A DNA stretch of 32,000 nt from Nocardia brasiliensis ATCC 700358 (GTDB lineage: Bacteria; Actinomycetota; Actinomycetes; Mycobacteriales; Mycobacteriaceae). A program made the translations under genes and the position numbers. Under the pieces are notes generated by a model that was not told the DNA's origin, did not search any database, and saw nothing but the letters and a program-made list of their open reading frames with translations. Location of the stretch: the NCBI RefSeq assembly GCF_000250675.2, contig NC_018681.1:4897031-4929030 (forward strand). Direction: 5' to 3'. Below, in pieces: positions 1-8,546 of this stretch (positions within the stretch are counted from its first letter, which is position 1; each line of letters opens with the position of its first letter).

Positions 1-665
1 TCGGTGCCGTAGCCGGTGGCGAGATAGTCGATCCATTTCCACGCCAATTCACCGGTGGCCAGTTCGCGGGCGTGGATCTGCGCGGTCAGCAGAAAACGAG
101 GCTTGCGCGTGGTGGGCGCCAGATCGCACCCGACGGGCTTCATCGTGGTTTTCGCGGCGGCCTTCTCCGCGTCGGTCCCCGCGGACGTGCCGGTCAGGCA
201 GATCACGTTCATCGTGTGCCCGCCCCGGCCCCGATCGGCCAGCCACGATTTGCCGATGTTGTGCACCTGCGCGATTCCGGGATATTTGGCGGCGGTGTCG
301 GTCGCATGACGCAGCAGATCGGCCGCCGTGTGATAGCCGCCGTAGTAGGTGGCGTCAGGAGTCCGCCGCTCCGAAGGGTCCGATTTGTAGACCGGCGCCT
401 TCTTGGTGAGGGTCAGCCCCTTCGCGCGCAGCGCCTGGGCACCGGCCTCGTCGACCGCGATGGTGACCTTCCCCGGTCCGGCGGGAACCATTTCGATCCC
501 GGCGTTCTCGATGATCTCCACCTGCGCGCGCGACGGCACCGGCACATCCCAATAGTAGGGGGAATCATCGGCGGCGTTCGCCGTCACCGGACAGAAGAAT
601 AGCGTCGAGAATCCACCGACCGCCGCCACGGTGATAGACGCAAGAATATTGCGAAACCTGCTCAT
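1..665 (-). CDS. Secreted zinc carboxypeptidase, peptidase M14 family (C-terminal part runs off the window edge)
   Basis: Absent from the ORF track because there is no stop inside the window. My own minus-strand translation from ATG 665-663 gives MSRFRNILASITVAAVGGFSTLFFCPVTANA (signal-peptide-like), then YHTAADLLRH, IGKSW and RFLLTAQIHARELATGELAWKWIDYLATGYGT, open to nt 1. QIHARE is the HxxE zinc motif of M14 carboxypeptidases. AGGAAAG lies just upstream of the ATG. Confidence 0.75.
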   Translation of the reverse strand, partial: MSRFRNILASITVAAVGGFSTLFFCPVTANAADDSPYYWDVPVPSRAQVEIIENAGIEMVPAGPGKVTIAVDEAGAQALRAKGLTLTKKAPVYKSDPSERRTPDATYYGGYHTAADLLRHATDTAAKYPGIAQVHNIGKSWLADRGRGGHTMNVICLTGTSAGTDAEKAAAKTTMKPVGCDLAPTTRKPRFLLTAQIHARELATGELAWKWIDYLATGYGT

Positions 666-950
666 GGACTTTCCTAGTCTTGGGCGGCGACCACGGCCAC
701 CGCGAGCCATGTCGTTCTTCTGTGCGGAGATTAGGCCGGTGCGTCGGCGCGGAGAAACCCCAGTCGGCGAGTGGGGAACGGCGCCGGGTGGCGGCATACT
801 CGCAGCACTCCGTAAGGTGTCGCACAACAGGTTTCGCCGATTCGCGCATCTTTTGCGCCCGCCCGGGTAAAGCACGGCCAACAGCGGTCACCGGAGGTGG
901 TCTCGCCGGACGGCGTGCACCCGTCCGGATCGGCGAGGAGTTCGATCGAA

Positions 951-2048
951 ATGCAGGCACTCACGGTAGGTTTCGAAGAGGAATTTCTGCTGGTCGACGC
1001 GGAAGGCCGGCCGGTACCCGAATTCGACACGGTCTGCGGCTGGCTGACGGACAAACTCGAGGCGGCCGACAGCGCCCGGTTCAAGCCGGAACTGCAGCTG
1101 ACGCAGATCGAGACGATCAGCGGCATCCACACCAGCATGACCGCGCTGGCGAGCGAATTGCGCAGCGCCAGAGCCACGCTCGCCGCCGCGGGGGACGCGT
1201 GCGCCGTGACGGTGCTGCCGGTCGGCACCGCGCCGCAGTCGATCGCCGACGACACTCCCCTGCCCGATTCGGCCCGCTATGCCCGCATCCACGACCGGTA
1301 CCGGGGTGTGCTCCGCGACTACACCGCGTGCGGGGCGCACGTGCACATCGGCGTCGCCGATCCGGATCGCGCCGTGGCCGTCGTGAATCATCTGCGGCCG
1401 TGGTTGCCGACATTGCTTGCGGTCGGGGTGAATTCACCCTTCCATCGCGGCCGCGACTCCGGGTACGGCTCCTGGCGGATCGCCGAGCAGGCCCGCTTCC
1501 CCGGCGCCGGACTGCCGCCCTACGCGCGTTCGGCCGACGACTACGACGCGCGGATCGCCACCCTCCTCGAATGCGGCACGCTCGTCGACGATCACATGTC
1601 CTTTTGGCTGGCCCGGCCGTCGAAGGTGTACCCCACCGTGGAGGTGCGCGCCGCCGACACCGCCGCCACGGTGGACGACGCGATTTTGCAGGCGGTGCTC
1701 ACCCGCGGTTTGGTGCAGACGGCCCTGAACAAGCTGGACGAGGGTGTGGAAGGCCCGCGCATCGACGAACAGGTTGGCGCCGCGGCGATTTGGGCCGCCG
1801 CGCGCTACGGATTGGCCGGCCCCGCCGTCGATCCGATCGAAGAGATCCGGGTGCCCGCGGTATCGCTGCTGCGTTCCCTCGTCGCCTGGATCGCCGACGC
1901 GCTCACCGCCACCGACGACACCGCCGTGGCAAAGCGGCTGTTGCGCAATGTCGAACGCCACGGCACCGGCGCCGCCCGGCAGCGCCGGGCCGCACAGCCC
2001 GGCCTGCGCCACCTCGTCGACACGTTCCGCCTGACCACCTGGTCGTGA
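951..2048 (+). CDS. Carboxylate-amine ligase, YbdK / glutamate-cysteine ligase family 2
   Basis: The track ORF 897..2048 begins with GTG. I prefer ATG 951, which is preceded by GAGGAG (935-940). The N-terminus MQALTVGFEEEFLLVD and the overall ~365 aa length are typical of YbdK/GCS2 enzymes. Confidence 0.85.
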   Translation: MQALTVGFEEEFLLVDAEGRPVPEFDTVCGWLTDKLEAADSARFKPELQLTQIETISGIHTSMTALASELRSARATLAAAGDACAVTVLPVGTAPQSIADDTPLPDSARYARIHDRYRGVLRDYTACGAHVHIGVADPDRAVAVVNHLRPWLPTLLAVGVNSPFHRGRDSGYGSWRIAEQARFPGAGLPPYARSADDYDARIATLLECGTLVDDHMSFWLARPSKVYPTVEVRAADTAATVDDAILQAVLTRGLVQTALNKLDEGVEGPRIDEQVGAAAIWAAARYGLAGPAVDPIEEIRVPAVSLLRSLVAWIADALTATDDTAVAKRLLRNVERHGTGAARQRRAAQPGLRHLVDTFRLTTWS

Positions 2049-2058
2049 CGCACGAACA

Positions 2059-2095
2059 GCGTTGCCGGTCAACGCGATTCGCTGACCGGCAACGC
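2059..2095. terminator. Candidate bidirectional intrinsic terminator hairpin between convergent genes
   Basis: Perfect 13-bp inverted repeat gcgttgccggtca (2059-2071) / tgaccggcaacgc (2083-2095) with an 11-nt loop that can add 3 more pairs. It sits between the YbdK stop (2048) and the CsbD stop (2127). No clear U-tract, which is common in actinomycetes. Confidence 0.45.
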
Positions 2096-2126
2096 GGCAC
2101 CGGCGGTGCTCGCCGCTCTGCGACGA

Positions 2127-2369
2127 CTAGCTCTGCTGATGTCCGGCTTGGCGCGCCTCGTTCACATCGGCTTCCGCGCGGGCCTTCTCCGCGGCGGCTT
2201 CCTTCTGCGCTGCCTCGCGCTGGGATTCGGCTTTGTCCTGCTGCGCCTTGCCCTCGCCTTTGAGGCTCTCGTCACCGGTGACGACACCGGCGGCCTCCTT
2301 GGCCTTGCCTTTCACGTCTTCGACGACACCTTCGACGCCCTCGCGGGGGCCACTTCCATGTTCTGACAC
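2127..2369 (-). CDS. CsbD-family general stress protein
   Basis: 80 aa with a GTG start (cac at 2367-2369) and GAAAGGTG upstream. The repetitive KGKAKEAAG...GDESLKGEGKAQQ pattern is typical of CsbD. Confidence 0.85.
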   Translation of the reverse strand: MSEHGSGPREGVEGVVEDVKGKAKEAAGVVTGDESLKGEGKAQQDKAESQREAAQKEAAAEKARAEADVNEARQAGHQQS

Positions 2370-2448
2370 AGTTATTCACCTTTCGCACTGCGACTGCGGC
2401 TGACCTTCGGCGCTTACCCGGAGTCGCTCGACTCAATCCACCGCGCGG

Positions 2449-3288
2449 TCAGAGGATCGGCCTGCCGCCGGTCACGGCGATCCGCGCGCCGGAGATGTAG
2501 CTACCGTCGTCGGAGGCGAGCAGAACGTAGGCCGGGGCGAGTTCGGCGGGCTGGCCCGCGCGCCCGAGCGGCACGTCGTCGCCGAAGTTCGCCACCTTCT
2601 TCGGCGGCATCGTCGACGGGATCAACGGCGTCCAGATCGGCCCCGGCGCAACGCTGTTCACCCGGATCCCGCGTTCACCGAGCAGCTGGGCCAGGCTCGC
2701 GGAGAAGTTCGCGATCGCCGCCTTCGTCGCCGCATAGGGTGCGAGAGTCGGTGAGGGCATATCGGAGTTGACCGACGAACTGCCGATGATCGACGCACCC
2801 GGCCGCATATGCGGCAGCGCGGCTTTGACCAAGCGGAAGTACGCGCTGACGTTCACCTGGAAGGTGTGATCGAACTCCTCGTCGCTGATCTCCTCCAGCG
2901 TCTCGTGCGTCATCTGGTAGGCCGCGTTGCTCACCAGGACGTCGATCTTCCCGAACTCCTGCACGGCCCGATCGATAACGGTCCGGCATTGCCCCGGCTC
3001 GGCGAGATCGCCGGGCACCAGCACCGCCTTGCGCCCGGCCTGCTCGACCAGCTCGGCCACTTCCTTGGCGTCTTCGTCCTCGCTCAAATAGGAAAGCAGC
3101 ACGTCCGCGCCTTCGCGCGCGAAGGCGATCGCGACCGCGCGCCCGATACCGCTGTCGGCGCCGGTGATCACAGCCGCCTTGCCGGTCAGCTTGCCCGACC
3201 CCCGGTAGCTGTCCTCCCCGCAGTCCGGCACCGGATCCATTCGCGCCTGCACGCCGGGAACCGGCTGCTGCTGTTCAGGAAATCCCAT
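2449..3288 (-). CDS. SDR-family NAD(P)-dependent oxidoreductase (YghA/YhxC-like)
   Basis: The true start is taken at ATG 3288 (MGFPEQQQ...) with AGAGGAG directly upstream; the 334-aa track ORF is over-extended. The TGADSGIG cofactor motif, NAAY and YAATKAA (YxxxK) catalytic motifs are present. Confidence 0.9.
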   Translation of the reverse strand: MGFPEQQQPVPGVQARMDPVPDCGEDSYRGSGKLTGKAAVITGADSGIGRAVAIAFAREGADVLLSYLSEDEDAKEVAELVEQAGRKAVLVPGDLAEPGQCRTVIDRAVQEFGKIDVLVSNAAYQMTHETLEEISDEEFDHTFQVNVSAYFRLVKAALPHMRPGASIIGSSSVNSDMPSPTLAPYAATKAAIANFSASLAQLLGERGIRVNSVAPGPIWTPLIPSTMPPKKVANFGDDVPLGRAGQPAELAPAYVLLASDDGSYISGARIAVTGGRPIL

Positions 3289-3416
3289 GACCACTCCTCT
3301 CGTCGCACACGCCATGTAGTCGCCGACTACCGCGATACGTGGTCGGCAAACACCGGGCCGACGCGTTTGGACCGCCCGGCCGCGGCAGGCAGGAGAGAAG
3401 CGGTGGCCGGGTTCGG

Positions 3417-5144
3417 CTACCCGGCGACCTCGACTGGCCTCGTGGGCAGCCAATTATCCTGCAACAGTTCGGATATGAACTCGATCACCGCGTCCTGGCC
3501 CCCGTCGGAGCGCCTGCCTGCCAACGGCAGATCGTGCAGCGTGAACGTGCGCGGATCGATGTCACACGCGGCCGTCGGGTAGCCGATGCGGGTCGCCGCG
3601 CGAGCCATGATCACCTGCATCATGGCCTCGAGCACGCGCCGGTTGGCGCCGAGCCGGCGACGTATCTCCGCCGACCCGAGCGGACCGTGATCGCCAGACG
3701 TGCCGAACGACGATTTCAGGGCCGGCGTGCCGGTGTGATCGAAGAAGTGGCAGTGATCGCGTCCCGGTTCCCGTTCGTCCCATTCCCGGAAGAAGGCCTG
3801 CATGCGCTCGTTCAACAGCCGGAAGTCGGCCAGCTCGGCGCCGACGACCGCGGGCGCGTAGGCGTCGGTGGTGTTGCTGCGGATCAGCAGGCCCAAGAAC
3901 GCATGGTGCAGATACCGGTCGAAGACCAGTTTCGCGAACCACACCTGCGGGTTGCCCATCAGCCTGTACTGATCGGTCCAGACCGGCAGCAAAGTGTCGT
4001 ACACCTCGAGGTAGAAGTCGTTCAAGCGCGCCGCGAGGTCGTCGGTCGCCGCCCCGTCGAGGTCGCGGACGACCATATCGGTCACCAAGGTATTGGACAT
4101 CGCGATGAAATCGCTGCCGGGCGAGTAGAGCGGATCGTTGAAGACACCCGCCTCGCCGGTCAACGCCCACCGATCGCCGGAATACACCTGCGCACAACTG
4201 TGCGCGAAGTGCCGCAGCCGCTTGAAGTCCTGCAGCGACTCCCGGTGCCTGGCGACGGCGCGCGCGACCTCGGGTTCGTGCCGGGTCAGCCAGTCGAGCG
4301 CGGCCTCGAACGTGCCGATTTCCTCGAACGGCACATATCGCGGGTCGGACACGATACCGACACTGATCGACCCCGACACCAGGGGGATGAGCCAGACCCA
4401 ATAGCCCTTTCCCATCAGATGATTGGTGGACCGCCAGCGCAATCCCTCCGGAACCCTTTCTCGCCAGGCCGATTTGGCAGCCGCAGAAGTGCCGACCTCT
4501 TCCTCGACGAGTTCATCCATCCAGATCATCTCGCTCAGCCGGAACCAGACGGCGTCGCAGTTGTGCGGGCTGTCCTTGCGCAGGCCCAGCTTGCTTTTGA
4601 GCAGGCCGCGCCGACCGGTGGCGTCGATCACCCACCGTGCCCGCACCGTCTGTCCCGCGCCCGCCCGCGCGATCACGACCTCGTGCGGCGCATCCGATTT
4701 CAGACGTACGTCGACGACTCGATACCCGTGCCGGAATTCCGCACCGCCCGCGACGACGATGGCACCCAGCGCGTTCTCGAAGACGCCGCGATCGAGCTGA
4801 AAGGTCGCCGACGCGTAGAAGAACCCGCTGGGCCCCGATTCCGCACGCTGCGACAGCGGCGGCGGCGGGACCGAAACGGACGGCAGGAACCGCAGGCCGG
4901 TCTTACGAATCTGGCTCTGCTCCAGGTGTTCTCGCAGCTGTAGCGTTTCCGCGAAGTAGGTGCCGCTGATCACGACGGTGGATTCGCCCACCTTGTGCGC
5001 GGCCGCGCGCACCGGATGCGGCACCCGCTCCACCACGAGAACGGTGGTGTCCGGCCTGCGCAAGAGCACTTGCCGCGCGAGACTGAGCCCGGCCAGCCCA
5101 CCGCCCAGCACAACGACGTCATAGTCCGAACGGTCGGTGATCAC
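3417..5144 (-). CDS. Flavin-dependent halogenase-family protein (tryptophan-halogenase-like FAD enzyme), 575 aa
   Basis: Hidden inside the 1193-aa track ORF 3417..6998. The start is GTG 5144 in a GTGA overlap with the upstream gene's stop. It has VVVLGGGLAGL (GxGxxG), HKVGES, GYWVWLIPL (WxWxIP, nt 4383-4400) and GEAGVFNDPLYSPG (FxxPxxSxG, nt 4116-4142). Confidence 0.8.
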   Translation of the reverse strand: MITDRSDYDVVVLGGGLAGLSLARQVLLRRPDTTVLVVERVPHPVRAAAHKVGESTVVISGTYFAETLQLREHLEQSQIRKTGLRFLPSVSVPPPPLSQRAESGPSGFFYASATFQLDRGVFENALGAIVVAGGAEFRHGYRVVDVRLKSDAPHEVVIARAGAGQTVRARWVIDATGRRGLLKSKLGLRKDSPHNCDAVWFRLSEMIWMDELVEEEVGTSAAAKSAWRERVPEGLRWRSTNHLMGKGYWVWLIPLVSGSISVGIVSDPRYVPFEEIGTFEAALDWLTRHEPEVARAVARHRESLQDFKRLRHFAHSCAQVYSGDRWALTGEAGVFNDPLYSPGSDFIAMSNTLVTDMVVRDLDGAATDDLAARLNDFYLEVYDTLLPVWTDQYRLMGNPQVWFAKLVFDRYLHHAFLGLLIRSNTTDAYAPAVVGAELADFRLLNERMQAFFREWDEREPGRDHCHFFDHTGTPALKSSFGTSGDHGPLGSAEIRRRLGANRRVLEAMMQVIMARAATRIGYPTAACDIDPRTFTLHDLPLAGRRSDGGQDAVIEFISELLQDNWLPTRPVEVAG

Positions 5145-6226
5145 GGTACGAGCGTCCCTTCGCACGCGGCGGCGACGGGTCGCAGCACCTCGTCCATGCA
5201 GCGTTGCATCGCCCGGTACGTGGGTTCTCCCGGCGGATTGGCGTCGAAGGCGAGTATGAAATGCGTTAGCCCGGTCGACTCGTACAGCTCGGTGAGGCGG
5301 TCCCGGCAGCGCTGCGGCGTACCGACCAGATTGAGCGGAATCATCTTCTCGACCACACCGGAAGCGTCCCGGCCCCCGGCCTTGCGGCCCGCGTCCACCG
5401 CGTCGAAATAGGTGCGGTAATTCGGCAGCAGGTGCCGGCGCGCGAGCAACCCGTTCGAGGTCGCGCCCTCGGCGACCCACCACCCCACGTGCTCGCGTAC
5501 GGTGTCCGCGGCGCGGTCGTTCGTATCGTCCAGTACGGCAATGCAGGTCAGCGCGTGCCGCGCGGCCGCGTCGAGCTGTCCGTGCGGTCCGGCCGTTTCG
5601 CGGTAGCGCGACATCAGTGCCCGCTTCTCGTTGTCGGGCATGGCTTCTCGGATCAGCAGTGGATATCCGTGGGCGGCCGCCCACCGGACGGTGTCCGGCG
5701 ACCCAGAGGCGACGTAGACCGGCGGATGCGGGTGCGTCAGCGGCTTCGGCTGCACCGGCACCGCGTCCAGCGTGCCGTCCATCGAGGAGATCACGTACGG
5801 CTCTTCGCCCCACGCCCGCACCACCTGGTCCATGGTCTCGACCAAGGCGAGGTGATTCACCGTCATATCGACCGCGAAGGCTTCGAAGTCCCGGGCGTAG
5901 GTGCCGCGCCCGATGCCGAAATCGAAACGACCACCGCTGAGATGATCGAGCATCGCGACTCGTTCGGCGAGCTTGATCGGATGTTCCAGCGGAACGATCG
6001 TGATCGCAGAGCCGACTCTGATCCGCTCGGTTCCGCCCAGCAGGAACGACGCCATGTTGAGGGCGTTGGTGCACAGGCTGTAGTTGGTGAAATGGTGTTC
6101 CAGCAGCCAGATTCCGGAATAGCCGAGTTCCTCGGCCCACTGCGCCGACTGGGTCGCGGCCGCGAATGTCTCCCGCTGACCGATACCGGGCCGCTGCGCG
6201 ACGCTCAGTACGATGTCGAATCTCAT
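5141..6226 (-). CDS. Luciferase-like (LLM class, LuxA/LuxB-type) flavin-dependent monooxygenase
   Basis: 361 aa starting at ATG 6226, with GGAGGAG in the 15-nt gap upstream. IWLLEHHFT, GRFDFGIGRG, PVYVASGSPDTVRWAAAHGYPLL and LNLVGTP align block-by-block with Vibrio LuxA as I recall it (WLLEHHFT, GRFRFGICRG, PVYVVAES..EWAAERGLPMI, INPVGTP). Confidence 0.9.
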   Translation of the reverse strand: MRFDIVLSVAQRPGIGQRETFAAATQSAQWAEELGYSGIWLLEHHFTNYSLCTNALNMASFLLGGTERIRVGSAITIVPLEHPIKLAERVAMLDHLSGGRFDFGIGRGTYARDFEAFAVDMTVNHLALVETMDQVVRAWGEEPYVISSMDGTLDAVPVQPKPLTHPHPPVYVASGSPDTVRWAAAHGYPLLIREAMPDNEKRALMSRYRETAGPHGQLDAAARHALTCIAVLDDTNDRAADTVREHVGWWVAEGATSNGLLARRHLLPNYRTYFDAVDAGRKAGGRDASGVVEKMIPLNLVGTPQRCRDRLTELYESTGLTHFILAFDANPPGEPTYRAMQRCMDEVLRPVAAACEGTLVP

Positions 6227-6241
6227 CTCCGGGTCTCCTCC

Positions 6242-7432
6242 CTAGACGTAGTCCACATAGGCCGGTGCGGCCGGCGGCCGTTCCCTCCCGGTGACGTTCA
6301 CGAGCGTCACGGTGTCGCGCCTCAGCCATCCGGCCCGCGCCAGCTTCAGCGCGCAGGCCAGGGCCACCGACGAGGTGAGACACGCATCGACCCCTTCCAG
6401 GTCCCGGGCAAGTCGTCTGGCCGCGAGAATCTCCCGATCCGGCACGGCCTCGAAGGCACCGCCCGTCGCCTGCACGATCCGGTGCACGAATGGGTAGGAG
6501 TCCGCCGGGTTTCCCCGCAGGATCGCCTTGGCGATACCGCTCGGCCGCCGTTTGATGTGCTCGGGGCGGATCGTCGCCGAGTTGTCTCGGAAGGCCTCGT
6601 ACATCGGCGCGCACCGCGATTGCTGGGCGCATACGATGCTCGGCACCCGCGCCAGCCTGCCGAGCGCCACATATTCGGTGGCGCCTTTGAACGCACCGTA
6701 GATACCCATCCCGCTGCTCACCGCCTGGACGACCACGTCGGGTGCGCGCGGCGCCAGTTGGTCGAACGCCTCGAGGTAGGCGAGCTTCAGGCCTTCGCGC
6801 CGCGCCGGGTTGAAGAAACCGCTCTCGAACGGCAGTCCGCGGTCGGCGGCGAACCGTGCCGCCGCCGCACCCGCACCGACATAGTCGGCGTCTACGCAGT
6901 ACACCCGCACATTGGGCGCGTCGGGCACATCGATCCGGTCCAGGAAATCCCGCGCGCAGAAAATGTGCAGCGTCACCTCCGGCATGCGCGCGGCGCACCG
7001 GCCCATCGAGGTCGAACTGTTGCCGGTGGACGAGACGACGAATTCGGTCACGCCCTGCTGCACCAGGAACGGCATCGCCACCCCCGCCATGCGGTCCTTG
7101 GCGGTCCCGCTCGGGTTGGCGCTCTCCACTTTCAGATACAGGAAGTCCAAACCCGCCCAGCGCCCGAGTTCACGTGCCCACAGCAGCGGAGTGTTGCCCT
7201 CACCGAGCCAGACAGCGTGCTGAAAGTCGTTCAACGGCAACAGATCGAACCAGCGCACCAGCGGGTTGTCGTCGTCGCGGATCCGCGCCCGGGTCAAGTC
7301 GTAGAACACATCCGTGGCGCCCGCGCAGCGGGGGCAGCGCGGCACGAAAGCGGCCGCGACGCCGAATCCGCAAGCCCGACACTCCAATACGACCCGCTTG
7401 CGCAACTGCGGCGTGGTCGATGTCTCGATCAT
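6242..7432 (-). CDS. Fold-type II PLP-dependent enzyme, threonine-synthase-like, with N-terminal Zn-ribbon
   Basis: 396 aa. CRACG...CPRCAG is a CxxC...CxxC ribbon. GNTPLL and KVESANPSGTAKDR contain the PLP-lysine motif (compare PTGSFKDR). Its ATG 7432 overlaps the upstream stop (ATGA). Confidence 0.85.
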   Translation of the reverse strand: MIETSTTPQLRKRVVLECRACGFGVAAAFVPRCPRCAGATDVFYDLTRARIRDDDNPLVRWFDLLPLNDFQHAVWLGEGNTPLLWARELGRWAGLDFLYLKVESANPSGTAKDRMAGVAMPFLVQQGVTEFVVSSTGNSSTSMGRCAARMPEVTLHIFCARDFLDRIDVPDAPNVRVYCVDADYVGAGAAAARFAADRGLPFESGFFNPARREGLKLAYLEAFDQLAPRAPDVVVQAVSSGMGIYGAFKGATEYVALGRLARVPSIVCAQQSRCAPMYEAFRDNSATIRPEHIKRRPSGIAKAILRGNPADSYPFVHRIVQATGGAFEAVPDREILAARRLARDLEGVDACLTSSVALACALKLARAGWLRRDTVTLVNVTGRERPPAAPAYVDYV

Positions 7433-8544
7433 CTCGCCGTACCTTCGGTCGCGTAGGCCGACGCACCCGTGAGAGTCATGATGGCCATACGTGATCCGAT
7501 GCCCATCCGATGCAGCGTTCGACCGTTCCGGTACAGGTCGCGGCCGGTCGCGGCCGAGGCCATAGTGACGATGGCGTCGAACTGCCGGTGCGGCGTGCCG
7601 ACCAGCGCGGCAAGCGCGGCCAACGGCACCGCACCGGTCCGCACATGCTCATCGAGGAATCGATGGTCGGTACCGCGCGGGGCGAGGATGGACCGATATC
7701 CGGGGGCGGCACGCAGCGCGTCGACCAAACTGGGTGCGGTGCACTCGTAGGTGTGCCCGAACCATTCGAGCGCGGTCGGCAACCGTACGCCCACCTCGCG
7801 CCCGAGCAGCACCCGCTCCCGGTCGGAGGCCTCGATGATCCGGGCGACCGCAGCCGATACGCCCTCGGCGTAGAAACGATGCCGGTCGCCGTGGTCGAGC
7901 CGCGCCAGATTGGCCAGTGCCACAACGGGTTGGATCACGGCCGTGACATTGGCCAGACTCGTCTCCCAGATCGAGCCCACGCTGCGGACGGCGGGAAAAC
8001 TCCGCGCGAGCAGGTCGCGGGCGATGTCCGCGTGCCGCCGCTGTCGTGCCCCGAGCGGAACATCCTTCTTGTACTGGAAGATTCGGACGGTCGAGGATCC
8101 TTCGCCGCGGCAGACGAACGGCAGGTTCATCTCGGCGAGAGCCGGGCCGAGCGCGCTCTCACACCAGCCCACCCGATCGCGCAACGCGGTGGTGACCTCC
8201 AGGACGCCGCCGGTGTGCCCGGGCACGAGCACGACCGCTGCGGCTTGCCGCAGCGCGGGCCAGGACGCTGTGACCAGGTCACGATGTGCGGCTGCGGAAA
8301 TCGCGACCAGGACGAGATCCGCGCCCGAGCACACCGCCGCAAGATCGGTCGACACCGCGGCCAGGCGGACCGTACACGCGTCCGGGTCGCGCAGGGTCAG
8401 TGTCGCGTCCTCGATATCCGCGAGATGCGCTGCGGTCCGGTTCCAGAGCCGGACTTCGCAGCCGGCCCGCGCCAGCACTGCCGCCAGCGCCCGGCCCGCA
8501 TCGCCCGCGCCGAGTACCGCCGCCTTGATCGACTTGTCCCCCAT
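7429..8544 (-). CDS. NAD(P)-dependent octopine/nopaline (opine) dehydrogenase-family protein
   Basis: 371 aa. The N-terminal Rossmann motif is KAAVLGAGDAGRALAAVLARAG. The length and C-terminal helical domain are consistent with the opine dehydrogenase family. The start lies 2 nt after the luxC-like stop. Confidence 0.75.
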   Translation of the reverse strand: MGDKSIKAAVLGAGDAGRALAAVLARAGCEVRLWNRTAAHLADIEDATLTLRDPDACTVRLAAVSTDLAAVCSGADLVLVAISAAAHRDLVTASWPALRQAAAVVLVPGHTGGVLEVTTALRDRVGWCESALGPALAEMNLPFVCRGEGSSTVRIFQYKKDVPLGARQRRHADIARDLLARSFPAVRSVGSIWETSLANVTAVIQPVVALANLARLDHGDRHRFYAEGVSAAVARIIEASDRERVLLGREVGVRLPTALEWFGHTYECTAPSLVDALRAAPGYRSILAPRGTDHRFLDEHVRTGAVPLAALAALVGTPHRQFDAIVTMASAATGRDLYRNGRTLHRMGIGSRMAIMTLTGASAYATEGTAR

Positions 8545-8546
8545 CG

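Noticed and set aside
680-2263. 527-aa plus-strand ORF overlapping the YbdK-like gene
   Set aside because: Extreme Arg/Pro/Gly composition with no motifs. It is the off-frame shadow of the 951..2048 gene, as is typical for high-GC DNA.
3417-6998. 1193-aa minus-strand ORF, the longest in the track
   Set aside because: It is a composite. Only its C-terminal 575 aa (from GTG 5144) read as a real protein (the halogenase). The upstream ~620 aa are Arg/Ala/Gly/Pro-rich off-frame read-through across the LLM and PLP genes, which have clear homology in another frame.
5432-7456. 674-aa (+) ORF; also 8670..10205, 10133..11401, 18876..20501, 25850..27601 and 27069..28571 (+) and 17846..18973 (-)
   Set aside because: All are antisense or off-frame shadows of genes with recognisable homology on the other strand or frame. 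None has an RBS or conserved motifs.
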